From positions 49,228,001 through 49,292,000 of the forward strand of contig NC_082714.1 in NCBI RefSeq assembly GCF_030144855.1: a DNA stretch of 64,000 nucleotides. Direction: 5' to 3'. Origin of the DNA: Hypanus sabinus. Taxonomy: Eukaryota. Numbering within the stretch: the first letter of the stretch is position 1; each line of letters begins with the position of its first letter. The notes under the pieces were generated by a model. That model was not told the origin of the DNA. It saw only the letters and a list, made by a program, of their open reading frames with translations, and did no database searches. A program made the position numbers and the translations under genes. This document shows, piece by piece, positions 49,001-62,765 of the stretch.

Positions 49001-52000
49001 TGACAGAGACAGACTGGTGCCAAACAATTGCTAGCCCAATAGCTGCTATGGATTTTGTTTTTCAATGATGTAAATAACTGCCTTTAAATAAAATCACTCA
49101 AGTTTATGTTCACATTTTTTGTTCCAAAAATCCCAAAATCTAATATTTAAGATAAAAGTCTAAGGTTAAAAATATAACAGTTTTGGCTGACATGTTCTGA
49201 TCATCGTCATAGTTAAGCATCAGGCTGATTCTGGGTTGAAGGTATTTGCACTATGAATCACTTCTTAAATATGTTTATTTTCAAAAACAAACTGATGTAT
49301 TCTGAAATTTGCAGAGAGAGTTAGTTGGGAAAGCTGATTATTATTTATGTCAGAAAAGTTAAAAGTGCATGCATAAAATTAAATCTAAACTAAGTAGACA
49401 CATGAAAAAAAACACCTTGTAAATGTATTCCTCATCAAATGTATTCAAAAGTAGATTTTTCTACCCAAGCAATAGAATATATATGAAAAATAATTACAAC
49501 ATATTGTTGAGATTAGAACCTTTTTTATTTAAAACTGCAAAACTATATTATAAATTTTTCATTAAATTTTAAAATTACTATTTTCTTTAGTATACAGTTT
49601 CTTTACACAATGAAATATATATGTACAATTATTAAATGAAAGGGGATAAAGTTTGACATAGGTCTGACTAGAAAATCAATATAATGCATATTTTAAATTG
49701 TTACAAACTGTCAGTTCAAAAGACAAACATCAGGTATGTGCAATATAATCTATCATAAGTATTGTATCTAGCTTTTTTAAAATTACACTTTACAATACTC
49801 ATCTATTGTCGTGAGATGTTAACGAATAAGAGTTCTCAATATGAGATGAAGCCATTTGGACAGAAATCCTAATAAATACATATAACATTTTATACTTCCC
49901 ACTCTTAATACCTATTGAATTGTTGTATCATTAAACTACTACAAACTTAAGTTCATAAAATAGGAATGTACACTGTTTAAGCAAGTAATGTTTCAAGGCC
50001 ATTTAGTATTTATGCAAGATAAATAATACTACTTGAATGATGGTAATAGATATTCTAAAGGCAGGAACATATTTATTAAAAAAACATTCCCATACCTTAA
50101 CAAGTGCTAGATCTTAGAATAAATAGGTTTAATATATATCCAAGGTGTTTGTAATATACATATTTCAGAATGAGAATTCCTCAGCTGAATTTGATTACAA
50201 TCCAGATGTTTGAACAATTCCTTACACATACAAGTCAGGTTTAGAAAAGTACGTTACATCTATCTACTTAACAGAGGTGGACAAATATTCAATTTTGATG
50301 GGTATATTGATGTCATCACAGTACCAAATTTTAAAAGTTTTGAGGCGAGATCAATATTTGTTACAGCATCAATTCAATTAATTAATGGTACAGCTTGATT
50401 GGCACACAATATTGGTGAGTTTGGTATTGTAAAGGCTGCTCAAGATGAAGGCACATTATAGCACTGAATAAATAGTTTACTCAATGCTACATTTGGCCAC
50501 GCTACATTTGACTGACAAGAAATATATCTCAATACAGGGTGATATGGCACTCTCATTTCTCCCAAGAAACCAAAAAGCAATATTTAGATAGTGAGTAACA
50601 ATTCATGCATGTTAATCTTTAACTCAATATTAGGTAGTCATTAAGTGTACTCAGTCTGCTCCAACTTTGAAGATTTCTTGTCATTCTTGCTGTGTTTCAG
50701 TTATTAACATCGAGAGTGTTATACAAATTCTAATCAAGGAAATAACTAGATATTTCAAGACAATTCACCACACTGAGATTTTTTTTATCAAAATCGTCTT
50801 CTCGTAGATCCCTTGTCTGTAATGCATGTATTTGGTCGCAAAGCTAAAAGAAAGATTAAACTTACATGTAAGTATAGTTTATGAATCAGAATCAGGTTTA
50901 ATATGACGGCATATGTCATGGAACTTGTTAACTGCAGCAGTACAATGATAAATATTGAAAAAGTAAATGAATTACAGTAAGTATATGTATATTAAATAGT
51001 TAATTTAAAATAGTGCAAAAACAGAAATAATAAAAGAATCCAAATAAAGTATAGCATAACTGTAAAGAAATGAGGGACCAATGTCGTAAAATGACTTCCT
51101 TACATTCTACATCCTTTTCCACTAAATGCTGATGTAAATTAATTAGTTAATGTCTATTTCCTTACTTTAATAAATGTTAACTGCCTTTGAAAATTCATTT
51201 TTGCACCCAAGCATCCATTTTCATATGTGTTAATTGTAATGTACCATACACATTTTGCAATCTCCTTTCTTTCAGCTCTATTTCTGGAAAATGGGGTTGA
51301 GAGAGATAATAACTCGGCTATGATAGAAAGACAGAGCAGATTGAATGGCATAATTCTGATCCTATGACTTATTTGTCAGATTTTATCATCATTTTTGTTG
51401 CCAGAATTTGTACATGCTTTGTTTTAGATTTCTATTCTCTCTTACCTCCTTCGTAGTCTGATGATGTGATATTTAGCATGTAGGGCATTAATCCTCTTAG
51501 GATAAATTGCTTTTGTTTCAAGGTAAAATCAATTATTTCACTCGCTAATTTTCCTGATTTATCACAGCCAGTCTTGTCTCATCACGTGAAAATTAGTCTT
51601 GTCTAAATCTAGAATGCTTTGCAGTTCTCCCTAACCAACAATACATACAACTTAATATGATTGTACTCAAGTATTTATGAATAACTAAATCTCACTTGTC
51701 ATTAAAGCTAACATGGTCTTCCACTTTATCATTTCTGAGCCAGGCTGAATGCATTTTTCATTACTTTTCTATGTTTTATTCTACCCAACAAATCTCGATG
51801 CCTAGAACTACAGAATTAGCTAAAGAGCAAACTTACAAAATTTCCAGTGAACAAATTTACCTGATTCTGGATAATATATCACAATACACTGAAAAGTTCA
51901 CAGCTTTACTTTTGAATCAAGGCATAGCCACATGGAAAATGACAGAGCCCAGTAACTATGGAAGTAGGGAATAGCTTTTTTTGGAAACCGTTCTGGCAGT

Positions 52001-53749
52001 TTACAAGAACTTGAAGTTAGAGTAGGTTAAATGGCCCTGAGAATCTATACTATTATTAGAAGATCACAGACTATTCCAGAGCTTATCTATTCTCCTGGCT
52101 GATTTTCAAATCACTAGATTTACAGAGTATCCTAAAATCTATCTATTTCAGAGTTGAATTTAGGGCCTTGGCAGTTTGAAAGCAAGACTGTCAACAGTCA
52201 AACAATTACACAAAAAGATTTCTAAGAAATCAGAAACAGAATAATTCTGATTTCTGGGGTTGGATAATAGAGATGGGAAGAGGAAAAGCCATGGAGAGAT
52301 TTGATAAAAGAATGAACACTAATTAAGCTGGAGCTTAATTGGCACCAATGATGGTCAACAAGCCGAGAGATGATAGGTGAACGACCTGGCATAAGTTCAG
52401 ATACAGGCAAGGAGGTTTGAATGATATCCCAGGGATCCAAGTCCCAAATATCCTTAACCCTTTCATTCTATGGGGCCAGGAAATTCCTGAGATTTACAAA
52501 TTTCAATCCTAAATTCCTACTAGTTCTAGATTCTACAAATTGAAGAAACAGTCGCTCACCATGTACTTTGTCAATCCCTCTCAATCTTTAAAGTTTCATG
52601 AGATTACTAACTGGCAATGAATATAAATTAATCCTAGTTCATTGTTCCTCAGATTACTATCTACTGATTCCAGAAATCAATCTATTCAGTGTCTGCCACA
52701 ATTAACCCAGAGCAAGCATATTTATGCTGCAGATCAAAAATTGAGAGAGGATCGTCTCATAAAAGCAATTGTTTTCTAAATGCACTTTAACTTTATGCCT
52801 CATACCCAGATATCTCTTCTCATTTAAATGGCTTACAATCATTTAAAAATGTCATTTTATCCCATTTTACAGTGAAGTGAATGACTTTACATTTTGCTAT
52901 AGAATCTGCTACCTCCTAGTCCAGCTGCTTAATTTATCTCTCTTAATAGATTTCTGGCATCCACCAGTTTGTTTTGTACCTTTCCCAGATCTGAATATGT
53001 AGCAGACTTTAAAATCAAGCAAGCAGCATTGATTGAAGATAGTTGATGCTTAGTGCTGATTTTTGTAGATCTCCTTTAATATCAGGCTGCTGCACTTCAA
53101 GCACCCCATTTTTCCCTAACATACTTTCTATTCTCTATCATGTGCTTCATTTGCCTCATTTTATGCATCAAACATTTGTGTGATATCCTATCAAACACAT
53201 TTAAAGTCCAGCATTCAGAAATTCATCTTTCTACCCAGCTGTTACAAATACTAGCTGTTACATTCTAACCTGCTGCTGAAATTTAGCTCCTTTTAAGTCA
53301 GATTTATGTTATGAATTATGTCAAGGTGATTAAAGTTTTACACAATTGTCATATCTTCAGATTCAGATTATTTATTACATGTACATTGAAACATACTGTG
53401 AATGCGTTGTTTGCCACACATTCTGGTGCCAACATAGATGTTCAACAGCGTTGTTAAAAGTTCATAGATCTTGTCAAAACCTCTCCACAAGTTAGACTCA
53501 TCCCACTTGTGTTTATTGACTCTTACTATAATCCTGCTACTACCTATAGCTCAAGCTGAAGTTTATTATCATTTGACTATACAAATTAAACATCCTTTCT
53601 TGGTTCACCCACAAAACATATAATAGACCACACAAAATATTACCACAAATAAGTTACTAAAATATTATTCAAAATGCCTGTAGTTTGCAGCACAGGTAAT
53701 CAGTAAACGATAATCAGCTCACTGTCAAAGTGACAAAATCTCAGTAGTG

Positions 53750-54600
53750 GCGAGTATTCATTAGTGTCACAACCTGAGGGAAGCTGTTACAAGTCTGGCA
53801 GTCTTAGTCCTGATGCTCCTGTACCTCTTTCCTAATGGTAGTGGATCAACAAGATTGTGGGATGGGTGGTAGGGATCCTCCACAATGTTTTGGGCTGTTC
53901 TGTATACAATGTTCCCAGTAAGTATTACAAATGGGTGGAGGGAGGGGGTTGGAAGGAGCCCCAGAATTCTTCTCAGTAGCTTTTACCGTCCACTTTAAGG
54001 TCTTGCAGCTTCTGTATCACACAATGATACAGCAGACTCTCAAAGGTACGCCTATAGAAAGTTGTTGGAATGGGGACGGGGAGACCCACACACCTCAATC
54101 TTCTTAGGAAGCATAGATGCAGCTGTGCATTCTTGACTAGTGAGGAGTTGTTGTGGTTAGATCCGTTACGTGCAGACCAAGGAATTTTGTGCTCTTCACT
54201 CTCTCCACGGCAGAGCCATCGATGTGAAATGGGGAGTTGTCCAACTGTGCCTTCCTGGTCCACAACCATATCTTTTGCCTTGCCCATGTTGAGACTTGGA
54301 TTACTGTTCTCACACTGTTTGAGAAGCCTCTCTGTCTCCTCTCTGTCTCACCTTGGTTGCTGATGAGGCTGACCGACCACTTCGTGTCAACAACGAACTT
54401 GATGATGCAGTTTGAGTTGGATTGGGCAGTGCAGTTGTAAGTCAACGTGCTAAGCACATAGCCCTGAGGGGCACCAATGCTCAGTGTGATGGAATTTGAG
54501 ATGTTGCTGTCAACCCAGACTGACTGGGGTCTCTCCATTAATGTCCAAGATCCAATTACAGAGAGAGTGTTTGGTCCCAATGAGGATGGGAGTACTCTCA
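53750..54600 (-). mobile_element. Rex1/Babar-like LINE RT remnant
   Basis: SITLSIGAPQGYVLS...IIKFVVDT...VERVKSTKFLG. Confidence 0.75.
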
Positions 54601-55044
54601 CTTTGCCTGTACTGATTGTCCTCTAGAGATATTTCACACTACAGCCCTCATATCCTATATTAATGGAGCTGTAACCACTCTTTTGCCCATTTTGTTTGCC
54701 AAATACAAACAAGATTTTATCCATCTTATGCTTCAACAACATCCTCGATATTGCCACTTCAAATTTTAAAATTTTGTTAACATTTACCTTTAAATAGCAA
54801 GCTATCACTCTTGTTTAAATTTCTCAACTCATTTTATGAACACTATGGAAAAATGCTGAATTACACAGACAGCTTCACTACCTTCAGCTACATTCAGAAT
54901 TTACATACAAAAACCCTCTAGTCCTTACAATGTGTGGAATTATACACTTTACTGCTTCATAATTCCAGTCATTTTCTTATTATTTCTTAGCCTATCTAAA
55001 CAGATGTCCATGTTCTGTCTCTCCTGAACAATTCCAAATTGAGT

Positions 55045-56130
55045 AAACCCTCCCCTATCTCAATCTCACTGAATCTATCTCTGGAGACAGAATATGTCTA
55101 TTCTAAAGCCACAGGCTCTCACAGCTGCCTTGACTATATCTCTTCTCACCCTGTTACTTGTAAAAACGCCATCCCCTTCTCTCAATTTCTCCACCTCCAC
55201 TGCATCTGCTCTCAGGAGGAGCCTTTTCATTCTAGAACAAAGGACATGTCCTCCTTCTTAAAAGAAAGGGGCTTCCCTTCCTCCACCATCAATGCTGTCC
55301 TCAACCACATCTCGTCCATTTCATGCACGTCTGCTCTTATCCTATGCTCCCGCCACTCTTGTCCTCACCTACTACCCCACCATACTCCGTGGCCAGCACA
55401 TAATTCTCTGAAACTTCTGCCATCTTCAACAGGATCACACCACCAAGCGCATCTTTCTCTCCACCCCGGCTTTCTGCTTTTCACAGGGATCACCTCCGGA
55501 GCAACTTCCTTGTCCATTCGTCCCTCCCCACTGGTCTCACTCTTGGCACTTATCCTTGCAAATGAAACAAGTGCTACACCTGCCCCTACACTTCCTCCCT
55601 CACTACCAGTCATGGCCCTAAACAGTCCTTCCATTTGAGGCAACACCTCACCTGAGAGTCTGCTGAGTTCACATACTGTGCTTGGTGCTCCCGGTGTGGC
55701 CTCCTGTATATTGGTGAGACCAGATATAGATTGGGAGGCGGCTTTGCTAAGCACCTATGCTCCGTCCACCTGAAAAGTGGGATCTCCAGTGACCACACAT
55801 TTTAGTTCCACTTCCCATTCCGATATGTCCATCCATTACCTCCTCCACTGTCGTTATGAGGCCTCATTTATGTTGGAGGAACATCACCTTATATACTGTT
55901 TGGGTAGCCTCCAACCTGATGGCATGAACGTCGATTTCTCTAACATCTGGGAAGGCCTCCCTCTCCTTCACCATTTCCCATCCCCTTTTCCCTCTCTCAC
56001 CTATCGCTGTGTGTTTCTCTCTCCCCTCTCCCCACCTTTTAAATCTACACCTCAGCTTTTTCTCTCCAGTCCAGTCGACTGTACTCTTTTCTTAGATGCT
56101 GCTTGGCCTGCTGAGTTCCTCCAGCATTTT
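55045..56130 (+). mobile_element. Penelope-like element 3' part (RT thumb, GIY-YIG endonuclease, 3' tail)
   Basis: SHSCLDYISSHPVTCKNAIPFSQFLHLHCICS; about 55655-55770 reads ESAEFTYCAWCSRCGLLYIGETRYRLG. Confidence 0.85.
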
Positions 56131-57215
56131 GGATCTGTTGATCGTAATTCCAAATTTAGTATTGGTAACATCAACTACATTAGCCAGATATACCAGTTTC
56201 CCGTCTATTTATGGAATACATTCATTTTTTAAACCTATTACACGATTGCTTTACACCTTTGTGTTTTTCTGATATTCATTTCACTCATATTTATTTTCAG
56301 TTTATTAAAAATAGTATAATAGTTGGCTTTTTTCCTCTAATTTTATGACTGAACATTATGGTCATCAGATCCCTGATATTCCCCTTAATTTTTTTTGCCT
56401 ATTTATTTGTCAAAATGAAAATCTATAGCTGCATTTTCACCTGATATTTCCAGTGAATATTAAGGATGGCCAGTTTTGTGGATCCTCCCTCTGACTCCAG
56501 TTCTTATCTGTACCGGGTTTTCACCACCCCCTCTGACCTTCCTCTCTGAGGCAGAACCTTCCATCCTCAGTTAAGTACCTCAGCTTTGTTCCACTGCGCC
56601 CACACCCCAGTGAGTTCTGCACCCGCCATGATGCTGAGCTCTTCTTCCACCACCTCCATCTCCAAGCTTATTTCTTTAGCAAGGACTCTGCGCCTCACAC
56701 CAATGATCCTTCTCTCTCATCTTCAACCTTCCTCCTCTTCCTGGACATCCCACTCCAGTCTTCTGCCTGCTCTGGAACCTTTTTATTGCGAATATTATTG
56801 CGAACTGCCGATGGGATATCAACTGTCTCGACTTCACCACTTCTCTCTCCAATTCCAACCCCACTCTTTCTGAAAGCTTGGCTCTCCCCTCCCTCCGCAC
56901 CAATCCTAACCTCCCCATCAAACCGGCAGATAAAAGGGGTGTTATACTAGTCTGCTGAACTGACCTCTACCTTGTTGAGGCCCAGCGACAACTGTCAGAT
57001 ACCTCCTCTTACTTACCTCTCGAACAGGATCTCACTAAGGAGCACCAGCCCATTGTCTCTCACATCGTAACTGACCTTATTATCTCTGGGGATCTCCCAT
57101 CCATTGCCACCAACCTCACAGTTCCTGCACGCCACACCTCCCGTTTCTACCTCCTTCCCAAGATCCACAAACCTGCTGGCCCAGGTAGACCCATTGTTTC
57201 AGCCAGTTCCTACCC

Positions 57216-57497
57216 TGCCTCAGTCTCCAGGATGTTGTGTGATGGTTACTTGCTGCTTGTACTTTCTTCCAGCCAATAAAAGCCTATATCTCGCCTCACA
57301 TCTCCAAGAGTTATTGACGGTGCATCAATTTTATTGGCTGGAAGAAAGCACAAGCAGCAAGTGACCACCACATTACATCCTGGAGACTGAGGCCGGCGCT
57401 GTGCCTCCAATCGCCTTTATACCGGGGTCCGTGGGAGGAGCCACAGGAGCAGTCAGCTGGGGGGGCGTGTCCAGACAGGTATATGTAGTTCACCACA
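57216..57497. mobile_element. Foldback LTR-derived insert (3' half on plus joined to an inverted 5' portion)
   Basis: 65-bp inverted repeat 57217-57281/57329-57393. The minus strand starts TGTGG and has TATAAA and AATAAA. The plus piece ends GGTGCATCA. Confidence 0.65.
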
Positions 57498-58343
57498 CTC
57501 CTCTTACTTACCACTCGAACAGGATCTCACTAAGGAGCACCAGCCCACTGTCTCTCACATCGTAACTGACCTTATTATCTCTGGGGATCTCCCATCCATT
57601 GCCACCAACCTCACAGTTCCTGCACTTCACACCTCCCGTTTCTACCTCCTTCCCAAACCTGCCAGCCCAGGTAGACCCATTGTTTCAGCCTGTTCCTACC
57701 CCACTGAACTGATATCTGCATTCTTCGACTCTGTTTTATCCCCTCTGGTTCAGTCATTCCTACCTACATCCATGACACTTCACACGCTCTGAATCTTTTC
57801 AATGATTTTAAGCTCCTGGCCCCCATCTTATTTTCACTATCAATGTCCAGTCCCTACACATCTCCATCCCCCACCTGGAAGACCTCAGAGCTCTCCATTT
57901 CTTTCTGGACACCAGACCCAACCAGGTCTCCTCCACCACCAGTCTCCTCTGTCTAGTGGAATTGTTCTCACTCTCAACAATTTGTCCTTTGGTTCCTCCC
58001 ACTTCTTTAAACAAAAGGTGTTGCTATGGGTACTTGCATAGGTCCCCAGCTATGCCGACATTTTTGTCAGCTATGTAGACAGTCTATGTTCCAAGCCTAA
58101 ACTGATGTCACTTGCCCACTTTTCCTGCACTACACTGACAACTGCATTGGTGCTGCTTCCTGCACCCATCCTGAGCCGGTCAATTTCATCAACTTTACCT
58201 CCAACTTCCACTCTGCCTTCAAATTTATCTGGTCCATTTCCACACCTCCCTCCCCTTTCTCAATCCCACTATCTCTATCTCTGAAGACAGCTTATCTACT
58301 GATGTCTATTATAAACCACACTGACTCTCAAAGCTACTCGACT

Positions 58344-59178
58344 TGTTAGATACCCCACGGGTATCTTGTGACTGTCTTATGACCATGATGTAATTGAGTT
58401 TCTTGTGAGCATGATGTAATGGACTTGTGATGGTGGGGGTGATGTAATTTCCCACCAGTGTGAGGTCACATGATGACATGTTCTCAACAGGTATAAAACG
58501 GGAAGGCCTCCTGTGACGCAAGAGTTTTGTGTTGAGTCGTCATTTAATTTGTCAGTTACTCCATTATGCTGCATATTTGTCTCATGACACAGTTTTGTTT
58601 TAAAGTGGAGTTTTACTTTCTACTGTAAGGTACAGAATCATTGTGCCAGCAGTTTCGCCAATTGCTGTCAGTTTTGTTTGATGTATCTGATACAATTGTA
58701 TTTGATGTTTGATGGAGAGTGAAGACTTTACCAAAGTACAGGAACCCCGAAGGATCGAGTAAATTTTGGCGGTTTAATACAGGATTGACCTTATTGAATC
58801 CTCGTTCAGGAAGTAGTGACCTGCATCTAAGATAACCCCTGCATGTTAGAGTAGAAAGGGTTGTGTAGTGCTATTCACCAAGAAAAAGGTCAGTTCTTTG
58901 AAGCTGTTTTTACTTCCTTTGTCGTGAATCCGTTACTTCAGAAAAGTCTCTCCTAATTGACTGTATAAATCACTTGGACTTTTGTATTTACCCCTTTTAA
59001 GACTGTGTTCGCAATTACCACTTTAAGAACTGTTTGCTAAGTTGCTGTATAGCAGTTAACTTCCGGTTAAGTTAGTATCTTGTTTACTTTTCATGTTTGT
59101 TCAGCAGAATTTAATAAAAGTCTATTTGTTTATAAAACCTGACTCAATTCTATATTCATTGTTGCTGGACACATAACA
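58344..59178 (+). mobile_element. Solo LTR, 835 bp
   Basis: TGTTA...TAACA termini, TATAAAA at 58492, AATAAA at about 59113. Splits the PLE sequence, which resumes after it. TSD not clean. Confidence 0.75.
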
Positions 59179-62100
59179 AATCATACCTCTTCCTGTTATT
59201 CTTCCTATACCTGTCACTTGTAAAAACACCATCCCCTTCTCTCAATTCTCTGTGTCCGCCGCATCTGCTCTTAGGATGAGGTTTTTCATTCTAGAATGAA
59301 AGAGATGTCCTCTTTTTTCAAAGAAAGGAGTTTTCCTTCCTCCACCATCAATGCTGCTCTTCACCACATCTCTTACATTTTTGCACACGTCTGCCCTCAC
59401 CCCATCCTCCTGCCACCCACCAGGGATAGGGTTCCTCTTGTCCTCACTTAGCACCCCACCCCTTCACCATTTCCTATTCCCCTTTCCCTCTCACCTTATC
59501 TCCTTGCTTGCCCTTTTCCTCCCTCTGGTGCTCCTTCCTTTTCTTTCTTTCATGGCCTTCTGTCCTATCCAGCCCTGTATCTCTTTCACCAATTAAAGTC
59601 TCAGCTCTTTACCTCACCACTCCCACCCCAGCTTCACCTATCACTTTCTGTTTCTTCCTCCCCTCTCCCACCTTCTAATACTGACTCCACATCTGTTTTT
59701 TCTCCAATCCTGCCGAAGGTCTCAGCCATAAATGTCAACCATACTCTTTTCCGTAGATACTGCCTAGCCTGCTGAGTTCCTTTGAGTATGTTGCTTAGAT
59801 TTCCAGCATCTGCATCCTCCCCTGAGCGGATGAGGGCCACAATATTCCCAAGAGTCAGGAGAAATGTTGCATTGCTTCAAGTAAGGTTTCAGTACATTTT
59901 GTCCACATGGTCATCATCTCCCATCCTGGGCTCAAAAAAGTGCATCTGCTTTGGAAGTCAGTCAGGCATGTGAACCACACGGCCAGTCCAAGAAAGCTGA
60001 CTGAGAGTTACCAGTCAGTTTTGTTAGCGTTTACAGCATGGTTTACAGCTAATCACAAAATACTATGAGAAATTAGTGACTGAAGTATTAAAACTAAAAT
60101 CATCCTCTACAGACATTCTTTATTATCCAATCCAGTCAATATATGAAAAATTGAAATTCTTCAAAACTTTGATTGAAAGTTTTACAATTACCATTGTTGT
60201 TGTATGAGGCAATCTTTTTTTAAACCATCCTTTTGATTAGATGTTGTATGGAAGCATTTCTGTTAGTAACTTTTATTGATTTAAAGATTCAAGCAGCTGA
60301 ATTTCCTAATCTTGTTCTTGAAGTAAACTCCTCCAATCTACTGTAAAAAGTTGGTCTCTAACAAGTAATCCTAACCAAATCACAGATTAAGTTTTCAAAA
60401 CACTAAAATACTTCAGGCCGAACTATTACAGCGCTCCAGAGTTCCAGTTCTGGTACGGAGTCTCTCTACGTGCTCCCTGTGAATGCGTAGGTTCTCCCCA
60501 GGTGCTCCAGTTACCTCCCACAGTCTAAAGATGTACAGGGTGAGGGTTCATAGGTCATTGTAAATTACCCCATGATCTAATTAGGGTTAATCAGGGTATG
60601 GGATCACTAGGGTGGCATGGCTCAAAGGGCAGGAAAAGCCAATTCTACACATTTTGCTAAATAAATAAAGACAGACCCTCCCCTGAACTGGTGCTCAGTT
60701 ATAGCATCTGTTCACTTAATATTTACCAGAAGGTACAGGAGCCTCAGAACCCAGAACACCAAGTTCAGGAACATTTATTATTCCTTAACCATCAGGATCT
60801 TGAAGCAGAAGGGATAACTTCACCCAACTTGACTCACCCCATCGCTGATCTGTTCCCACAACCCATGGACTTGCTTCAAGGATTCTTCATCTCATGTTTT
60901 TGGTAGTTATTGTTTATCTATTTATTATTATTATTTCTTTTTTTGTATTTGCACAGTTCATTATCTTTTCACATTGGTTGTTTGTCCTGTTGGTGCAGTC
61001 TTCCAAGTACTTACTCTGATTGCTCACAAGAAAATAAATCTCAGGGTTGTATATGGTGATATTTATGTACCTTGATAATAAATTTATGAGCTTTTGAATT
61101 TTGAATACAGAAGGAAAATGAAAACCTAACCTGGGTCAGCAGCTTGCTTCTTTTTGGATCGATGAATAATTTGATGCTCATTAGTCAATTTCACATCTTG
61201 ACCTTCCACTTGGTTGCTAAACAAAATAATAAAATGAAGCAAGTTAATAAAGAACTTACTGATGAAGCTTAATCAAGTACATTGCTTTTCCCTTGTCCTC
61301 ATCATGAGCCCCAAAATAGGTGCCATCAATTTATTATAAACTGCCCAAGTCAAGTCTTTCCAAAACTCATTTTCTTTGTCAGTGAGGAATGTCCAATATC
61401 AAATGCAAAGTTTATTTATGCATTTAGATAAATGTACAAGTAGATTTAACTTACGTTGAAAATTGACACCATCAGGATACAATGGGATGTCTTGGAACCA
61501 ATCTACTGCTGACTAAGTGTTACATTGCTGATACTGAATATATTGCAAACTTCCATTTTTGATTTATGTTTAACTTTGCCTGAAAATTCTTTTACAAAAG
61601 ACATAGGAAAAAGGTATAGTGCTGTTGAAAAATCAGCTTAACTGCAAGCAGAGAAAAATTGTGCACATTCCTGGGTGTTTTATCACCTTTTTGGGAAAGT
61701 CAATTTATGCCATTCTAGTGGATCTTCACTTGCCCTATTGCCACATGACATCAATAGTGTTGCAGCATGCAACTTTCATCTGCACTTTATTCGGTACCTG
61801 CTGCTCTAGCAGTGCATTGTGTACAAAGCTAGGCAGGGAGTTAAACACCTTCTCAAAAATCACCTCAGCCAGAAGCTTTCTTCAAGGTTTTTAATGAAAA
61901 AACTTTGTGTAGAACACGTATTAGATTCAATACAGAATCATTGTGTGCCTATGAATATTGTTGGTTATTCTGACGATCAGTATTAAACCATCTAATATAC
62001 ACATACAACATTCTATAGTTATACCGTGGACCAGAGCGAACTCGTGCTGCAATGATAGGTTAATAGTGATGGATGATAAACATAATACTTTCTTCAAAGT

Positions 62101-62306
62101 TCATGTACCAAACCTTTCCAATATTAAGAAAGATTAAGAATCACAGATATCACTCAAGAGCAAATAAAAAGTGAATGAAGATGGATGTCTTTCTGCTGTG
62201 TTTGCACCAAGTATAAATCCAAATTAACCCACACAGGAAATGATGTGAAAAAAATTTATGAACAAGGGTGATATTTATACAAAATGAACAGCTCGTCTAG
62301 AGGCAA

Positions 62307-62765
62307 AATGGTGGCCACCGAGTTTATGTTCATGGTCTTCTGCTACTTTAGCCCATCCACCTCAAGGTTTGACATGTTGTACATTCAAAGATGTTCTTCT
62401 GCACACCACTGTTGTAATGCCTGTTCATTTGAGTTACTGTTGCCTTTCTGTCAGCTTGAAGCAGTCTGGCCATTCTTCTCTGACTTCTCTCATTTCCAAA
62501 GCACTTTTAGCCACAGAACTGCAGTAAGCTCAAGAGATTGTTGTGTGTGAAAATCCCAGAAGTTTTGGAGATACTCACAAACAAATCTGCCTAGTCCCAT
62601 CAATCATTCTACCGCCAAAGTCACTTAAATCACATTTTGATGTCTGGTCTGAGGAACAACTGAACCTCTTGACAACGCTTTAATGAACTGAGTTGCTGCT
62701 ACAACAGATATTTGTATTAACAAACAGGTGTATAGGTGTACCTAATAAGGTGGCCACTGAATGTA
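62307..62765. mobile_element. Tc1-like MITE remnant
   Basis: Ends GTGTACCTAATAAGGTGGCCACTGAATG|TA; a second GTGGCCAC near 62310. Confidence 0.55.

Larger units (their letters stand above)
56480..59815 (+). mobile_element. Decayed Penelope-like element (RT), interrupted by two LTR-derived inserts
   Basis: IKPADKRG, FYLLPKIHKP, LTLNNLSFGSSHFFKQKV, CKNTIPFSQF remnants. Degenerate hammerhead tail at about 59705-59740. Confidence 0.8.
49520..61216 (-). other. Probable 3' end of an unidentified minus-strand gene (candidate exons 61131-61216, 51861-51888, 51446-51457, terminal exon from 50843)
   Basis: Canonical pyrimidine-AG/GT flanks. 61131-61216 is open in only one frame (NQVEGQDVKLTNEHQIIHRSKKKQAADP). 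Repeat-free AT-rich UTR-like tract ending near a minus-strand AATAAA (49524-49529). Product not recognised. Confidence 0.35.

Noticed and set aside
61455-61580. Further minus-strand exon ending at a GTAAGT donor
   Set aside because: Stops in all frames from the best acceptor, and the shorter open version is phase-incompatible with 61131-61216.
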